DNA from: Chiloscyllium plagiosum
Lineage: Eukaryota
Direction of reading: 5' to 3'
DNA length: 46,770 nucleotides
Assembly (NCBI RefSeq): GCF_004010195.1
Contig: NC_057718.1
Coordinates: forward strand, 42,310,584 to 42,357,353
Under the pieces are notes generated by a model that searched no databases, was not told the origin of the DNA, and worked only from the letters and a program-made list of their open reading frames with translations. The translations under genes and the position numbers were made by a program. Positions 23,625 to 36,790 of the stretch are shown here, one piece after another; position 1 is the stretch's first letter, and each line of letters starts with the position of its first letter.

Positions 23625-24290
23625 CAAAACAAATTAGGAGCAAGAGTAGGCCATCAGACCCTCAAGCTTGCTCCACCATTCAATAAGATCATGGCTGATC
23701 TGGTTGCTTCACATTCCTGTCTAGCTCTGAGAACTTTTTATCCCTTTGCTCATTGAGAGTCTATCTAACCCTGCCTTAAAAATATTAAATGACTCTGCTT
23801 CTGCCACCTTTTGTGAAGTAAAATTTCAAAGACTCATGGTACTCTGTGAGAAGAAAAAAATCTGCATCTCTCTTATAAATGGGTTTTAAATGGATGACCT
23901 TTATTTCTAAGCAGACACCCGCATGTTCCAAACTCTCCCACAAAAGAGAGTTTTCACATCATCCTGTCAAGATTCCTGAGGATCGTTCATGTTTCAAGCA
24001 AGTTATCTCTTGTTCTTCTAAACTTCATCAGTCACCAGACAAATCTGACTATCCTTTTCTCCTGAGACCACATACCAAAAAAATTGGTCCAGTAAACCTT
24101 CTGAATTGCTTCCAAACATTTATATCTTTGCTTAAAAAAGAAGACCACTCCACATTGTGTCTTACCAATTCCCTGCACAATTGAAGCAGCACCTCCCTAA
24201 TTTTGTATTCAATTCCCATTTGCAATAAATGATAACATTCTATTAGCTTTCTTAATTATTTACTACCTGCATACTAACCTTTTATGTTCT
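23625..24290 (-). mobile_element. Decayed CR1 3' portion
   Basis: Reverse tail AATTAGGAGCAAGAGTAGGCCATCAG and reverse ORF2 remnants (ANRMLSFIANG IEYK-like). Confidence 0.75.
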
Positions 24291-25765
24291 TTATGATTGA
24301 CACATTGCCTTGAGGAAAGACTGGCACTCCCAGAAAACAGGTCACATTCTGACAGAGGACCAATTTTATGTGACCATCTTGCTCATCAATTTCAGTGTAA
24401 CATTCTTTAGTTGCTATTTCATTTATGCCCTAAGTCCAGAGTAAACAGGTTTCGATGCCAAGGACTCAAAATGGCAAAGACTGGAGTTAGATCTCATCCT
24501 GAATATATAATTTGGTTTGGATTATGATAAAAGAAACAAGAAATTAGTAAAACCTACAGTGAACTCAAAGATGTGCATTTATCTTGGTTTCAGCCCACGT
24601 TCTCGTTCATTATTGCTTTACATAATGTGTAAACGCGAATACTAATATGATGTTTAATAGCAATATGCTGTCTGTTTAAATTAATCTCTTCATATTATCC
24701 TAAACCCAGTTCAGATTAATTTTTCATGTATTCTCCATTAGCTTTCATGGTTTTGATTAACCAATAATCCTTCTCTATTCTTTAATCACTGTTGCAATGA
24801 ACTAAATACAGTACTGGTTGGATGATCAGTAATGTTGGAGAAGGCATGTTAAATGACTTCTGATATAGAACACCTTACTGTGAAGAAACATTTTTCTTTA
24901 CTTTTTTGGGTGAAAGTTAGATTTTTTTTAATAGGAATGTACATTTTTGTGAGCAAATTAAAGGGGTGACCTTTCAAATGTGCATTACAGCCAGAGCCTC
25001 AGCTTCTGATAGCATATCAGGAATTTAAGTACACGAATACAAACTTGTTTGTGTTGAATTAAATATTTTACTGTTAATTTGTTTCAATGCTATGTATTCT
25101 GAAAACTAATATGTGCTCCTGGTTGGTAGGAATCGGCGTCCAGAGAGTGAGCTTATAAAATTCACACAGAGGGTCAAATTTTCTGCTGCCTTGTCTAGCA
25201 TGGGTAATAGGTGAAAGGTAGGTAAACAGGACAAAAATGAAAATGTCAGACATCTAATGCTGAGATTCTTTTTCCTCTTTTCCCCTTATTATTTGAATGG
25301 TGAGTTCTAAGTCACACAATAAGTGATATCCACCTTATTTCCATGCATTTGAATCTCATCAATAGCTAATCTTGCCTCATTTCTTTACAGCTCCCAATTC
25401 TCCTCTCCTTTCCTGAGAAACTTGACAACACCAATTCCCATTGTGAAAGTCAGAGTGGTTACCTGATGGTCACAGCTTCACTGGATCTTCATCCAGCAGC
25501 TCAAGTGGACATTACTAATCTACCAGCCTCATTACATTATTGTGACTGCTTTCAGACTAGTTCACACAACACCACTTCAGCTCTTCAAGAGTTCACTTTG
25601 CAGCTCAGGGACACTTATGACTTGCATGCTTCTGCTAAGTCTATTTGCACACAGGGATACATGCATCTCATGCACCCACAAGGATATGTCTCATTGCTCC
25701 TTATCTTACTTTCTTAGTGGTCACTCACATTGTGTTGACTTGGAGGCTGCCAGTCTTTATTGCTT

Positions 25766-26096
25766 CATAGAATCATAGAATCCCTACAGTGTGGAAACAG
25801 GCCATTTGGTCCAACGTGTCCACACTGACTCCCCGAAGAGTCTCCCACTCAGACCCGTTCCCCTATCCTATTACTCTACACGTCCCCTGACGAATGTTCC
25901 TAACTTACACATTGAATACAATGGGCAATTTAGCATGGCCAATTCACCTAAGGGAGAAAACCGGAGCACCCGGAGGAAATCCACGCAACACAGGGAGAAT
26001 GTGCAAACTCCACACAGTCACCCACAGCTGGAATCGAAGCCAGGCCGCTGGCATTGTGAGGCAGCAGTGCTAACCACTGAGCCACCGTCTCACCCA
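25766..26096 (-). mobile_element. HE1-like V-SINE
   Basis: Reverse of tRNA head (GGCAGCAGTGCTAACCACTGAGCCACCG), V-domain (ACAGGGAGAATGTGCAAACTCCACAC) and CATAGAAT tail. Confidence 0.88.
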
Positions 26097-27468
26097 TAAT
26101 CAAGCAACCTTCAAATCATTGAACAGTCAAGTGAGCAGACATGTAGTGTAGAAAACCATGCTAAGTCAATGCCACATCTGCGGCAGGTTCTAACAGCTTA
26201 CATGGCAAATTCTTTGCATGTGCTTCCAGCAAATGGCCATTTCTGAAAGGGGACCTGCCCTTAGTAGAGTGCAGGGGGACTATGGTTAGTCAGGGGATTT
26301 GACTACAGTCAGACAGACAGATGCTTGGTTAAACCAGAGACCGCAGAGAAGTGTCAATGCAGAGACTGGAAAATTGCGCTGTGGTCAATCCTATAAGTGG
26401 AAAAGTTTGTTGATCAAAGTACATCAGTCAAGGTGCAATGGAGACATCCTTCTAGGGGCAGGGCAATTCTAGGTCAGGACTGTCCTGTCACGTCAGTCTG
26501 TAGATTATGTCATGGTCAGCCCTGAGAGTTCAGCAGAGGGCTTATTCATAGCTGGTTCATGTAGTCCTGGCAAAAGTGGGAAGCTCAAGTTTGGATTTGA
26601 AGTTTATTGGACTGGATTGCTGATGGAATAATTATAGTGAAAGAGCAAATCAAGACAGAAGTGTGGGGGCTCATAGAGCATAGGAAAAGTCAGAAAGCTG
26701 TGGGAGGGAGTGTTCTCACAATCTTACATCATTTCCCACAGATAACTGTCTCGTGCATTAGACATGCAACTCTCACTTTGAGGATTTCTTGTGGCCTTGT
26801 TGGACATGCAACTACGGTGTGAAAGATGAGAAGATTAGAACATCGCTACCTATCCCAGCAAGGACACTAATCTCCTGTGGATCCTGTATGGCCTGGAGAT
26901 GAGGCAACAGTGAAGATTCACGAAGGACGTGGAGAAAAATGACCAGACCTTGAATCTACCAACCTCAATATCATCATCTACAGCTGTCAGAAACCCAGAG
27001 CAGGTGGAGGCAAAGAATGTCAGAAGCCGTAATTACAACAGCGTAACCTGTTGGAGCAGGACTTGCGCACAGAAGGAATGGGTAGCCATCCCTGTGTTGT
27101 TAAGATTATATCAGCCCGAAATGTTTATGCCAGCAGCACTTTCAGAGAACAACTGGGGTCCTGAGTGGCATCTTCCCCAAACCTTGATCCACAAATACAT
27201 CTGGGATGTCACTGATTGCATTTTCTCCAGATTGCAGCAGTTTATATGATTCCCCATGATGAGGACACTCAAGCAGCTCAGGCAGTGGAATTCTCCAATA
27301 TCACTGCCTTCACCCAGGTGCTATAGACTGCTTTGAGAACATCTCACCAGCAAGCTGCAGATTCACCAATTGAAAAACCTTGCACTCCATCCTTGGCCAG
27401 TTTACATGTGACCATTGGTGCCAGACTTTGGAGATGTGTACCCGAAATTCTAGGAGCTGCCACGATAC

Positions 27469-27603
27469 CATAAGACCGTAATATATAGGTGTAGAATTAG
27501 GCCACTCAGCCCATCAAATATCCTTTACAATTCGATTATCACTGATTTCTCAATCCCATTCTCCTGCCCTCTGTCTGTAACCTTTTATCCCCTTACTAAT
27601 TAA
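27469..27603 (-). mobile_element. Short CR1 3' tail inserted in the transposase
   Basis: CATAAGACCGTAATATATAGGTGTAGAATTAGGCCACTCAGCCCATC...CCCATTCTCCTGCC resembles the reverse complement of 6280-6410. Confidence 0.7.
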
Positions 27604-28587
27604 TGTGTATCTTTCCGACAGAGGGCAAACCCGCCCCCCCACTAATTTAAACCAGCAACCCATGTTGTAATCTGTTAAAATTCGAGAGGCAAGAAACTAT
27701 TCCCAAAACTCACTATTTAAAGTAAAAGATTACAGATTAGATTACTTATAGTGTGGAAACAGGCCCTTCGGCCCAACAAGTCCACACCAACCCTCCGAAC
27801 AGCAACCCACCCTGACCCATTCTCCTACATTTACCCCTTCACCTAACACTACGGGCAATTTACCATGGCCAATTCACCTAACCTGCACACCTGTGTGGGA
27901 GGAAACCGGAGCAAACCCACACAGACACGGGGAGAATGTGCAAACTTCCACACAGACAGTTGCCTGAGGCGGGAATTGAACCCGGTTCTCTGGTGCTGTT
28001 AAGTCTAACAGAGAATAATTACTTAACAAATATTTATAACTCCTTTCTCTAACCTACCTTTTACCTTCCCCTTTACAATACTAGTCCGGTAAAATACCTA
28101 ATTAAGATTTACTGAAAAATTCAAATTTCAAAACCAGCCAGCTGTCAAATATTCTCTTTGTATCTTCCTCTGTAGATTTTTTCTCCAGTTTAGGGTTGAC
28201 TTTTTTTTTCTCTGTGCAAACTCCTTCTCTCAAAAGGTACCTCTCATAGAGTTCCGACTAGCAGCCTACATCTGTTGGTATTTTGGCAGTTCTCCTCCAA
28301 CTGTCCAATTTTCCCCATTCTTATACCCCAAAGCATTGGATCATTTCATTTGTCTTAATATTGTCAAAATACTAAATTCAAACTTGGAGTTTGGTATTTT
28401 GGGGCATAATTTAAACTGATTGGCCAAATTTTGAACTTGTTTTGTTGTCTCCAGGCAACCCAGCTAATCTGGCAGTTCAACCAAATGTTACATTGGTACC
28501 TTATTCGGAACACTTGATGCTGTGTCAGATAGTTCTGCTGGCTTTTACATCTCTTAAAAGTACAGTACCCCTTAGACCTTCATAACA
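27604..28587 (-). mobile_element. Probable solo LTR
   Basis: Minus strand starts TGTTATGAAGG (28587), with CCAAT (~28400) and GGGGTATAA (~28325) in U3-like order. Left end and TSD not confirmed. Confidence 0.5.
27727..27998 (-). mobile_element. HE1-like V-SINE nested in the LTR-like element
   Basis: Reverse complement of the 22144-22368 family, with GGGGAGAATGTGCAAAC and B-box GGGAATTGAACCC. Confidence 0.88.
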
Positions 28588-29589
28588 GTTTGTACATACT
28601 AATGGACTCACACATTCCTGCCTCCTTCCTTACATGGTTAGCTGTTGGGAGACTACAAACATCACTGACATCACACTTTCAGTGGGGGTGAATAGAGATA
28701 CAATACTGCCATGCTACGAGGACCATTGTAGAACTAAGCTTAAAATGAGGTTATGATGCCTTGACAGCACTGCATCATAATGGTGTGCTGTGCTCTTCGT
28801 AACTGAAACCAATAAAGAGGTTTCCTGAATTCAGATGAAATGAGGGATTGACAACAAACAAGGATCAGAACATTGCACAGGAGGGATAATGAAAGCCCTG
28901 TCAGAGCTATGCATCATCAAGCATGAGAAGCCAGACCTAATTGAAATCTTTAAGAATGAATGAGTTGGATTGGACATGCTTTTATTGTTTCACTTTCTGT
29001 AGGTTATGTGACAAATAATCTCTGATCAATGTTTACTTTGCAATATGAATACATGTGTTGTATCTTCAGCTGATCCCACCTATAAATATCAAGTCCTCTT
29101 CACGGTTCAGCAAAAAGCAGCAGTGAAATAGGGCAGTTACATCATATGGGGTTTGAAGTTAGGCTGCTTTTAAGGTTTCAGTCAGAAAATAGTATCCAAT
29201 TGTTATGCTGTGAAGACTGCCATAATAGGCAGGAGATTGGAGACAATCCTGAGGCACCTTCTTTTCACTTGCTCAGCCTTCAATGTTTCAGCGTTCACAT
29301 AGATTGCTCAATTGTCAAAAATGCTTGAACACCCTACAGGACAGTACTTAACCTGACTGAGACAGCAATTTGTGCAGCTATTCTCGGCAGGCCACTGTGT
29401 TAAGAGGGAGATTAGGGGTATGAACTTCCCATTGTACACCTCTTAGCATTGAATGATAGTACACCCCATTGAAAAGCTGGAAGATGGAATGAAACATTGT
29501 TCCCAGAGATGTTTGGAATTATCACTGATTTCATTCACTTACTCTCAAGGTGGGTGTAAGTATGGACTATCTTTGCAGGGTAGGACCTA

Positions 29590-32385
29590 CACAATGTTTT
29601 TAAACTCACTGAGACTAAAATAACAGTATACATCCCTTGAAGAAGGCAGAAAAAGAAAAACTCAAGGTCACCAAGAAGAGTCAGCCTGATACTTTGAGGT
29701 TAGGAGAGGGAAAAGATTGGCAACTTAATGTTCCAGGACTTAGATATTTTTGGGTGAGATAGAGAGGAATATAAAAGAGGTAGAGGAGTTGCATTACTGA
29801 TAAGGGAGAATATCTGAGGGAAGTACTGAGGGAGGCCACCTTAGAAGGTTCATCCAGCAGGACCATGCGGGTAGAGCTTAGGAATAGGAAGGATGTGATC
29901 ACGTTAATGGGATTGTACGACATGTACTACATCATCAGGTGATAGAGGAAACAGATATGTTGGCAGATTGTAGAAAAATGAAAAAATAGGGTTATTGTGT
30001 GGGCGATTTTAACTTCCCTATATTGACTGAGACTTGATTAGTGCCGGGGTTTGGAATTTGTTAGGTATGTCCAGAATGATTTTTGAAAGGACATTGAACT
30101 AGTCCAACTAGGTAAGAGGCCATACTATATATTATATCAGGGAATAAGCCCAACCAGGTGATGGAAGTTACAGTGTGGGGAGCATTTCAGGAGCAGTGAC
30201 CATAATTCTGTAAGTTTAAGTTACTTATGGATAAGGACAAAAGTAGTCCTTGCATAGCAGTACTAAACTGGAGAAAGGCTAACTATCACAATACAGATCG
30301 GAACGTAGATTGGGGGTGACTGTTAATCTACATCTGGCATGTGGAAATCTTTTAAAGGGCAGTTGTTGAGAATTCAGCTCCAGTCTTTTCCTGTGAAAAA
30401 GGATTAGGATGAAAAGATTCAGGGACCTTGGATAACAAGAGATTTTGAGAGCTTAGTTTAAAAGAAAAATGAGGCATACATAAAGTCTAGGAAACTGAAG
30501 ACAGACAGAGCCCTCAAAGAGTAGAAGGATAGCAGGACAGAACTCAACAAGGAATCAGGAGGGCTAAAAGGGCCACATAATGACTTTAGCAAACTCGATT
30601 AAGTAAAATCCCAAGATGTTCTATACACATACAAGGAGCAAGAGGGTAGTTAAGAAAAGGGTTGGTCCATTGAAGGATAAATGGCATAATTTATGCATGG
30701 AGCTAGAGAAAGTGGGTAAGATCTTTAACGAGTACCTTATATTGGTGTTCACAAAGGTGGACATGAAGAGTCTTGAGATATATTCTACGGCATATCAATT
30801 TGAAAAAGGAGGTGTTGGATGTTTCAAAAAGCATTATATAGATAAGTCTCTGGGACCTGATGTTATCTATCCCAGAATACTGAGGAAGATGAGGGAGGAA
30901 ATTGCTGGAACCTTTTATGAAATCTCTGTATTCCCTTTAATCACAGACAAGGTCCCAGAGGATTGAAGAATATCCAGCATTGTTATGAGATGGGCAATAG
31001 GGATAATCTGGGAAATTACAAGCCAGTGAGCCTTATATCAGTGGTAGGGAAATTACTGGAGAAGTTCCTTAGGAATAGGATTTACTCACATTTGAAAAAA
31101 ATATAGACTTATTAGCAATAGGCAGTATGGCTTTGTGCAGGGAAGATTATGTCACACACAGTTAATTGCATTTTTTGAGGAAGGAACAAAGATGATTAAT
31201 GAGAAAAGGGTGGTAGATGATGTTTTCTGGACTCTAGCAAGGTCTTTGACAAGGTCCGTCATGGTAGGCAGATACCAAATGTGAAGTCACATGGGATCCG
31301 AGGTAATCTGGTAAGATGAATGCAGAACTATCTTAGTCATAGAAGATTGAGCTGGCAGCAGCAGGCTATTTTTCTGACTGGAGATCTGTGATCAGTGGTG
31401 TTCCACAGTGATCAGTGTTGGGATCCCTGTTGCTTGTAATATATATAAATGATTTAGAGGAGAACGTAGGTGGCCTGATTAGTAATTTTGTGGATGACAT
31501 AATGATTGGAGGAGTTGTGGATAGTTAGATTTCCAGAGGATACAGCAGGATTTTGATAGGCTGGTGACTTGGGTTTAGAAATGGCAGATGGAATTTAATC
31601 CAGACAAATGCAAGGTGATGCATTTTGAATGATCTAATACAGGATAGAAATATACAGTAAATGGCATCAATATACAGAGGGATCTAGATGTACAGTTCCA
31701 CAGTTTCCTGAAAGTGGCAATATAAGTGGATAAGATCAAGAAAACATAAGACATGCTTGCCTTCATCAATCAGGGCATAGAGATTAAAAGTTGCCAAGTC
31801 ATATTGCAGCTGTACAGAACTTCTGTTAGGCCACATTTGGAATACTGTGTACAGTTCTGAACACTACACTACCAGAAACTGTGGAGGCTTTGAGAGAGAC
31901 AAGAAATGGTTTACCACTATGTCGCCTGGTTTGGAGAGTATTAACTATGAAGAAATATTAGACAGATTTGGTTTGTTTTCACTTGATCTTGAAAGAATGG
32001 GGGACCTGCTAGGAGTTTACAAAGTTATAAGAGGCATGGATAGAATGGAGAGTCAGAGTCTTTTCCCCAGTGGAGAAACGTGAATTATTAGGAAACATAG
32101 GTTTAAAGTAAAAGGAGATAAGTTTAAAGGAAATGTGAGAGGTGAGTTTTGTTACACAGTGCCTGATGTACACTGCAAGAGGAGATGGTGGAAGGGGATA
32201 CAATAGCAACATTGAAGAGGCATCTTGACAGATATATAAAAAGGCAGGGAAAGGAGGGATACGAACCGCGTAGAGGCAAAAGATTTTTAGTTAGAAAGGC
32301 ATACATTAGCACAGTCTTGGTGGGCCAAAGGGCCTGTTTCTGTGTTGTACTGTTATCTGTGCTTTGTTCTCTTTGTTCTTTGTTG
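29590..32385 (+). mobile_element. Near-complete but decayed CR1 ORF2 (AP endonuclease plus RT) and 3' tail
   Basis: DWQLNVPG, VELRNRK, GDFNFPYID, SDHNSV (endonuclease). GNYKPVSLISVVGKLLEK, SGVPQ*SVLG, IYINDLEENV, KWQMEFNPDKCKVMHF (RT). Ends in a TTTGTTC-type tail. Confidence 0.92.
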
Positions 32386-32689
32386 TCCACATTAAAGTGC
32401 AATGCCTTGGCTGCAATCATCAAGGATCCATGGCATTGGAAGCTATCTGCAGTCAATACATTAGTTGCTTGTGAGAAAGGATCAATGTTTGCCCATTGAA
32501 ATGTTTTTCATCCTTTGGAGGTCTAATGAGGCTGCTCATTTCTCACAATGGTGTGACTTCACTAGAGCTGCAAGGAGATGAGAGCATTTTACAGTGTAAG
32601 CAAACATATATTTACAAAAGGACTGAATTATTTACTTAAGTGTCACCTGTACTAGCAATGTGCACGCAGTAGGCTTTTTTTTTCTTTCC

Positions 32690-34750
32690 CTCTGACTATG
32701 TCGAAGTGAGTCCTTACCTTTATAGCAAGAGTGAGAGAAGCCTGCTCTGTAGTTGGTCTTGTTGGTCTAGAGGAATTGGCAGTTCATCTCAAGGAGGATT
32801 GGATAGAGGGCCCAGCATAATTGAGAGTGAATTACCCAGACACAAGGTCATTCTACTTATCTTCTATTTCTGTTGACTTTGGAATGATGGCAGGGGTGGG
32901 GTTTGGGGGTGGGTGGGAGGCGGGGGTAGAAGGGCTAAGTACCTCTGGAGTGTTCTCAGATGTCCCCAACAGCTTCAAGGGCACTGTTGGGGACATCACG
33001 CCCCCAGGTGCCTTTTTTAAAAATTAATTCATGGGATGAGGGCGTCACTGGCCAAGCCAGCATTTATTGCCCATCCCTAATTACTCAGCGGGCAGATGAA
33101 AATCAACTACATTGCTGTGGGTCTGGAGTCACATGTAGGCCAGACCAGGTAAGGATGGCAGTTTCTTTCCCGGAAGGACATTAGTGAACCAAATGGTTTT
33201 TTTTTTCACTCATTGACAATGGATTCACAATTATCATTAGACTCTTATTTCCAGATTTTAACAATCCAGTGATAATACCACTAACTAAGCCATTGCCACC
33301 ACAATGCCTGCGAATACCACCTTGTCCCCCGACAAGAAGAGTCACCTGGACTGAGGTCGAGGTCCCTCATCCCCCTCTCGACTTGCATTGACGCTGAGCA
33401 CCTACAGCTGGTGAGGTGGAGTTCATGTCTGTGCACACTGAGCAATTCTGCTGAACCTGGGTATCAAAGGTGGCCACTGACTTGTCCATGGTGCAAGTCA
33501 GATGCACACATGCCGAAGCAGCATGCCCACTGCATTGATAATGAAAGACTGTGTCCTTTAATCCAGGTTTCTGATTACCTCTGATAAATCTGTCTGATGT
33601 TTATGAGCCTTTCTATGCATTTTGATAAAGTAATTAATGGCTAAGACCATGGAGATTATTTTCTACCCAGGGCCGAGCATATGGCTGGTCTCTGACAGTC
33701 TCTGAATGCCAAATAACTCGGCCATTTCTTCATCAAGTAGTTGTCGAGGTGCATCAGTGTTGTGCTCATGAGATCGTTCTCCTGAGTTTAATCCAAAAGG
33801 GGACCCACCGAAATGTAAGTCTCTGAACTGGTACAGGATATTGGTGAAACCCTTGTTGGTGCATTTTCTGAGTGGATCCTTCCTCAGAGGTGGAGATGGA
33901 GCTAAAGGTCTCTGGTGTAACCTCTTTATATTTGGTTTGCTAGGTTCCACTTGTGAATGCGTAAGAGGAGAGAGAAGTAGTTGTGGAAAAGGGCTAAAAG
34001 AATGTTTGAGATAATAATGAATTAGCATTGGCATTAATGGGAGAATGGCACAGCAGAGGACAGCATAATGAAGCTCATTTATTGATTTCTCACAGGTCTT
34101 CATATTTCCATCTGAATAGTCACCCTTTTCTCCTGACCCTTCCAACATGTTTTTCTTCATATGGGTGAGGACCTTAATGTCAGCCATAGCACTGTTGGTC
34201 TTCATCCTCCCTGTCCAGTTGTGAGACATGTTTTCTGCAATGATACAGAGGGAAGGATTGAGTGTGAAGAAAGTGCATGGAAAAGGTATTAGTGGAGATA
34301 CAGAGTTAGAAGTGGTGAGTAATAGGAACTGCAAAGGGCAGGAAGAGTTAGTAGTTTGAGAAGATCAGGTGAGTGAGAGCCATTAATTGGATATGCTACA
34401 TGTAATTGCATGATTTGTAGTACATGAGACTTGGCATAAGGTATTTGCAATGGCCGAGTTAGAATGAGTAACGACCATGTGTGTGTGAGAATGAAGGAAG
34501 AAGGTGGTGGCAAGTACTCTTACAGAGCACAGAAGATCACTCACCTTCTTCCTTCACTGATGGACATTTCTTTTAGCCCAAGAAATCACAATGGCTTGGG
34601 CTGCTATTTTGATCCAGGCTGGCTGTATCTAGTGCCATGGCCTCCTTTGCCAGAAAGCAGGAAAAAGCACTGGTCTACATTTGGCAATCCTGTCCATGAG
34701 CACCTCTATCTCTGAAGGTAAACCAAGGAGATAACTTGCCCTGTCCTTTG
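32690..34750 (-). pseudogene. Harbinger-associated Myb/SANT-like DNA-binding protein pseudogene (spliced)
   Basis: Exon 1 (~34750-34518): GKLSPWF..IEVLMDRIAKCRPVLFP...IQPAWIKIAAQ..WAKRNVHQ*RKKVSDLLCS. After acceptor tcattgcAG (~34235): MSHNWTGRMKTNSAMADIKVLT. The downstream extent is approximate. Confidence 0.8.
33020..33298 (-). mobile_element. tRNA-head SINE sharing its 3' tail with the second LINE family
   Basis: Tail CATGGGATGAGGGCGTCACTGGCCAAGCCAGCATTTATTGCCCATCCCTAATT matches the LINE ends at 13410-13465 and the reverse complement of 3350-3400. Minus-strand head GGCAATGGCTTAG..TGGTATTATCACTGG. Confidence 0.75.
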
Positions 34751-36099
34751 GGATAAGAGTGCAGGACCAGTGTATGAAGGGCAGTTTCTGGTTTACAGTG
34801 ATTGAGGTGCTGTGGGCTGGGGTTTATATGTGAAGCCAGTTGTGTGAACCGGCAGTAGTGAGTACATCCGCCATGCGATTCCAGGAGTGAGATGCGTAGA
34901 GTCTGGTTACATGATCAATGGACTGAACAGCAGAAGATAGCATGAGAAAAGTCAACACAGGTCATGATAGACCGCCCACCATGAACCTCTGCAAAAAAAA
35001 CATTGCCAATAAAATGTGAATATACAGCCAAGAGAATGTCTTTCAAATTTAATTGCCATTTCCTTTTTATCCAATAAGAATAGGTAGCAAATTCTCTCTC
35101 GGGTTGACTACTTTCTGCAAAATGATTCGAGTCAGTACCATTTCAGAGAAGTTACAAAAATTCATATGATTGATTTTTGTTTAGCCGATGTCAAACATAA
35201 TTCAATAGCAGATTTTTAAAATCTCAATAAAAAACATTAAATGTCATAATTTATTTATCAAAGTATCACCAAGATTTTTACAAATTAGTAGCTGTCTTTG
35301 CATAGTGCATTTAAATCAATGAATCTATCTCTAAAATTATTTATAGAATCTACATTTGATACTTGTTACATTTTTTTACCTATGCTCTAAACCTATCATT
35401 CCTGGCAGCCACACCGGCTATGATGTCTCAAAATAAACTGCAAGATTTGCATACATTTCCACACTTGTCACTACTGAATAGGTATCCAAATCTTCATTAT
35501 TCCTGTGGCATAAACAGCCATGTTTCCAACTCCCTATTTATACAGTTTTATTTACACTGAAGCCAAATTTATATAATTAAACATTTAAATTTATTACATT
35601 TAAAGCTTAAGTCCAAGTATAATCAAAAACTATTTGGCCACAGTTTCTGATCCAACCTCCTGTTTATGCACCATAATTTAGACCTGGCATTTGTCTATCC
35701 ATACTGGAGCCCCAGCTTTTCAAGTCTGTGCCCACCCCCAATCACTCAATTCTGATCTCTACCCTGCATTTCTCTCCCACATTTGCTAACTGTTTAGCAA
35801 TGCTTCCTTGAAACTGCAGTGTCACACATCAGCCAAAAAGTTCCTTTGTAGGCCACAAAATAAAGTTGAGTAAAGGGGCCTTTTGAATTATTAGTCTCAG
35901 TACAAGAAAGAAAGAGAGCATTGTTCTTCACTCGATGTTTGTTTCATTACCCTGGTCATCATTCCCATTTCTATTTATACTTGACCCTTTCTGATGAAAG
36001 CTCATTTGTCCATACCCTACTTTTGGTCATTATCTAATAGCTTGCCATCAATAAGCTTGGAGACATAAATATTTATTTGGAAAAATATTTCAATTATAT

Positions 36100-36790
36100 T
36101 GTTAGAAGTACGAATTGTCGCAGATAGACAGGGTTGTGAAAAAGACACTTAGTACACTTGCCTTTATTGGTCAGTGAATTGAGTATAGGAGTTAGGATGT
36201 CATGTTGCAGCTATGCAGGACATGGGTTAGGAGAATTTTGGAATACTGCGATCAGTTCTAGTCTCCTTGCTATAGGAAAATGTTGTTAAACTTGAAAGTG
36301 TTCAGAAAAGATTTACAAGGATATTGCTGGAGTTGGAGGATTTGAGCGACAGGGAGAGGCTGAATTGGCTGGTGCTGTTTTCTCTGGAGCATTGGAGGCT
36401 GAGGGGTGACCCTGTGGATGTTTATAAAATCATGAGTGTTGTGGATAGGATGAATAGCCAAAGTATTTTTCCCAGGTTAGGAGAGTCCAAAACTAGATGG
36501 CATTGGTATCACGTGAGAGGGGAAAATTGTAAAAGGGACCTAAAGGGCAACGTTGTCATGCAGAGGGTGGTGCGTGTATGGAATGAGATGCTAGAGGAAT
36601 TGGTTGAGGCTGGTACAATTACAATATTTAAAAGACATCTGGATGGGTACATGAATAGGAAGGGTTTAGAGGGATATGGGCCAAATGCTGGCAAATGGGA
36701 CTAGATTAATTTAGAATATCCGGTCAGCATGGATGATTTGGATCTAAGGGTCTGGTTCCATGCTGAACAACTCTATGACTTTATGACTTA
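36100..36790 (+). mobile_element. CR1 3' fragment
   Basis: ORF 36324-36704 RERLNWLVLFSLEHWRLRGD..VYKIM..RVVRVWNE..FKRHLDGYMNRKG with a CTCTATGACT tail. Confidence 0.92.

Larger units (their letters stand above)
26800..28940 (+). pseudogene. Harbinger (HARBI1-like, DDE_Tnp_4) transposase pseudogene, split at ~27469-28590
   Basis: QTLIHKYIWDVTDCIFSR..FI*FP.DEDTQAAQAVEFSNITAFTQV..IDC, FTN*KTLHSILGQFTCDH..LEMCTRNSRSCHD, then G*LLGD, RYNTA, TRTIVE, LKMRL*CLD, IMVCCALRN. Confidence 0.88.
25172..35029. mobile_element. Fossil autonomous PIF/Harbinger DNA transposon with nested insertions
   Basis: Convergent DDE transposase (+) and Myb/SANT gene (-). Degenerate candidate TIRs GGTCAAATTTTC (25172) / GTGAATATACAGCC (35029) with flanks GAG and AAG. 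Boundaries are tentative. Confidence 0.7.

Noticed and set aside
33663..34334. 223-aa ORF as an intact host gene
   Set aside because: It reads through intron and exon pieces of the decayed Harbinger Myb-like gene, and only a short segment resembles that protein
35991..36010. Isolated CTGATGAAAG as a hammerhead
   Set aside because: No helix II or GAAA downstream
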